Shown piece by piece: positions 61,090 through 64,000 of a stretch of 64,000 bases of DNA. The stretch covers positions 27,909,116 through 27,973,115 of the forward strand of contig NC_068995.1 of NCBI RefSeq assembly GCF_001194135.2, read 5' to 3'. How positions within the stretch are numbered: position 1 is the stretch's first letter; each line of letters starts with the position of its first letter. The DNA is from Octopus bimaculoides (taxonomy: Eukaryota). The notes under the pieces were generated by a model. That model was not told where the DNA came from. It worked only from the letters and a program-made list of their open reading frames with translations, and did no database searches. Both the position numbers and the translations under genes were made by a program.

Positions 61090-63400
61090 TTGTGAAATTA
61101 TGATGTAGAAAAGTATTTGGCCAAAAGTAAACCATTGTGCTTAGCCTTCGTCAACCTGGAGAAAACTTTCAACAGGGTTCTCAGCTCTCTTATCTGGTGG
61201 TCTCTAAGGAAGCTAGGAGTAGAGGAGAGGCATCTTAAAGCCATAGAAGCCATGTACAGTGAAGCTGTCAGTTGGTTCGCTATTTGGAAGACTCTTCTCC
61301 CAGTCAGTTTCCACATTTAATAAACTTTCATAATGGCATCCCCACGCATCTTTCTTCTCTAAGTCACTAAGTGCAAACATACCATTAGCCATTTGCACAC
61401 ACCTCTCATCTATCACATCTCTATTCTCTCTAATACACTGCTTTGCAATCCTGAACACCTCATGCCTCTGATCCTCACACTGTAGAACACTAACAAACTT
61501 ACCTTCCGCTATTCCTTTTGCTATGTAAACCTGTCGCCTAGCCTCCCTTCTGACTCCCTGATATAATGCTCTGCTTCTGCCGTTTTTCCAGTCCTTCCAG
61601 GCCTGTCTCGTTGCTTTTATAACACTGTCCACCTCCTTGTTCCAACACCATGTCATCCTTGGCCGAACTGGCACTTTGCACCAACCACAGATTTGGTCAG
61701 TCACACCCAGTAAATTGTCCTGCAGGAACTTCCAGTTGTCCTCTAAGCTATATGTCCTTTCCTCTTCCTCCTCTCTATCATCATAGGATTCCAGTAGAAT
61801 GACTCTGAACTTTTGTTGGTTTGCTGGGTTTTTGAGCTTCCATAATCTTCTGCTCCGAGTGTCTCTAGCCCTAATTCCGAAGTCACAAACTAGTAGCCTA
61901 TGTTGGGGTGTACACTCTTCACCTGGGAAAGACTTTGCATTTGTGAGCATCGGCTTATCTCATTGCCTGGTGAGGAGGTAATTAACCTGGCTTATGTTCC
62001 CATCAGACTGACAAGTGATTACATGGCTGGCTTTCTGAAGTTAGTGTTGCAGATCATGAGATCATTTGCATCACTGGACTCAAGTAGCCTTGTTCCCTCC
62101 TATTTCCTGGGGCCAAAGCGATAACCTCCATGCACCCCATGGAATATATGGGACTGTTGCCCAACATGTTCATTCAAGTTACCAGCCCTAATAATGAAGT
62201 ATCTGTCATTTGTCGTTGCAATAGTCTGCAAAAGGACCGCGTAAAATTGGTCCTTCTAATCATCAACCAACCCAGCCTGTGGAGCATAGGCAGAGATAAA
62301 TGTAATTATTAATCAGTCTATGATAAGTCTCAGCTTAATAACTATATTGCATACTCTGACTACCTCAATTACCTTATATACCCACTTCTCTGCTAAGAGT
62401 ATGCTCATACCACCCACTCCATCACTCCTGACTACCCAGAAGAATTTGAACCTCTGACCTTGCATTTATTGCAGAATCTTTAAGAAAATTGGAGAAGAAA
62501 TTTCAGGTATGGAAACAAAGCCTGGAATCAACAGGCCTTAAAGTTAACCTAGCTAAGACTAAAGTTGTTGTTAGTAAGAAAGAAGATATAACTCTCTTTC
62601 CATCAGGTAAATGGCCTTGCTCACTATATAGGAAAGGAGTAGGAAGAATTTCCATTCGCTGCACCCAGTGTAAACTATGGACACACAGAAGATGCAGTGG
62701 AATCACAGGTAGATTAACAGATATAGTTGTCTTTGTATGTGGCAAATGTGCAGGAACAATAAGCACTAACAGCACACGTGATTTAGATTCTCTCACTCCC
62801 AGGAGGCTCTCTTGAAGTTATAGATAGTTTCTGTTACCTAGGTGACCAAATTAGTAATGGTGGAGGATGCTCTGAAAGTATTGTTTCTAGAATAAAAATT
62901 GGGTGGAGGAAGTTCAGTGAGCTATTGCCTCTGTTGGCAACAAAAGGACTCTCTCAGAGTGAAATGTAGACTATATGATGCTTGTGTGTGAACGGCTGTT
63001 CTCTATGGTAATGAGACATGGGGTCTGAATGCAGAAGACATGTAGACTGGAGAGAAACGAAGGTAGTATGCTCCATTGTATGTGCAACATCAGTGCACTT
63101 GTATGGCAAAGTGCAAATGTATTGAGAGAAAAGTTGAGCATAAGAGTAATCAAATGTAGCATGCAAGAGAGAAGACTATGTTGGTTTGGACACATGATAC
63201 ATATGAATGAGAACAACTGCATAAAGAAGCGCCAATCACTGAAAGTGGATGATGCTCGCAGAAGAGGGAGACCTAGGAAGACATGAGATGAAGTAGTAAG
63301 GACTGATCTCAGGATGTTGGGCCTCATGGAGGAAATGACAATGAACCGAGATGTCTGGTGATATGAAGTTCTAGAGAAGACCCACCTACATCAGCAAAAC
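61090..63400. mobile_element. Rearranged RTE LINE: + RT piece (61090-61272), inverted APE/linker piece (61273-~62310, minus), + RT to 3' end (~62485-63400)
   Basis: KPLCLAFVNLEK on +; CTPQHRLLVCD...YESLLNVETDWEK on minus; EKKFQVWKQSLES...RGRPRKT on +. Confidence 0.85.
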
Positions 63401-64000
63401 TGAGTTCTAGAAGTACTATGTATCCCATCCACACTTAACAAGAAAACTTCTCACACACAATAAACCAAACTATGTCTCTACATCTCTTCTTCAACATTTC
63501 CACTTCATGCACTATGCTTACCTCCTACTCCCCAATCCTGTCCTCTTGGCCCTGTGCCACTGTATTGCTGCTCTCTGCTAGCCTCCGACATGTGTTCCAC
63601 CCACATGTCCTGTCCCACTGTATTATTGCTATCTGCTAGCCCCTGACCTGTGTGTTCCACCCACACATAACAAGAAAACTTTTCACTCACCCTACCCCAA
63701 CAAACCAATCTACATCTCCATATCTCTTCTCTTCCTCACATTTCCCCCTTCATTCACTATGCCTAGCTCTCACTCCCCAATCCTGTCCTCAAGGCCCTGT
63801 TCCTCTGTATCATTACTATCTAGTGTGTCCCCCCNNNNNNNNNNNNNNNNNNNNNNNNNGCACTCTTTAATCACACTTACTTTGTAATATCCTGTCACTT
63901 ATATTATGGTGTTTCAAACCTCAAGGATATGCCCTGGCACTTGTCACAATCTATATCTCTCTCTCTTCCTTTACTCAACCATCCCATTTATATTCTGAAC

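Overview
This is an AT-rich, repeat-dense animal genomic window with 7 assembly gaps. The repeat landscape looks cephalopod (octopus-like), which is an inference, not a database result. The only host gene I can support is NUP205 (nuclear pore scaffold protein) on the + strand. Eleven internal coding exons lie between 2098 and 58207, all GT-AG with consistent reading phases; the gene starts before and ends after the window. The introns hold decayed RTE, CR1, L1/Tx1, I and R4/Dong-like LINEs, a Penelope-like element, three Gypsy LTR elements, mariner/Tc1, hAT, piggyBac with MITEs, a Helitron and SINEs. The most notable finding is a complete type I hammerhead ribozyme (11935-12067). It has a palindromic minimal stem III and an extended stem II, and sits inside a ~690-bp non-coding unit with perfect 69-bp terminal inverted repeats, embedded in (TA)n and preceded by a four-hairpin cluster. 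There is no CRISPR array, rRNA or bona fide tRNA gene.
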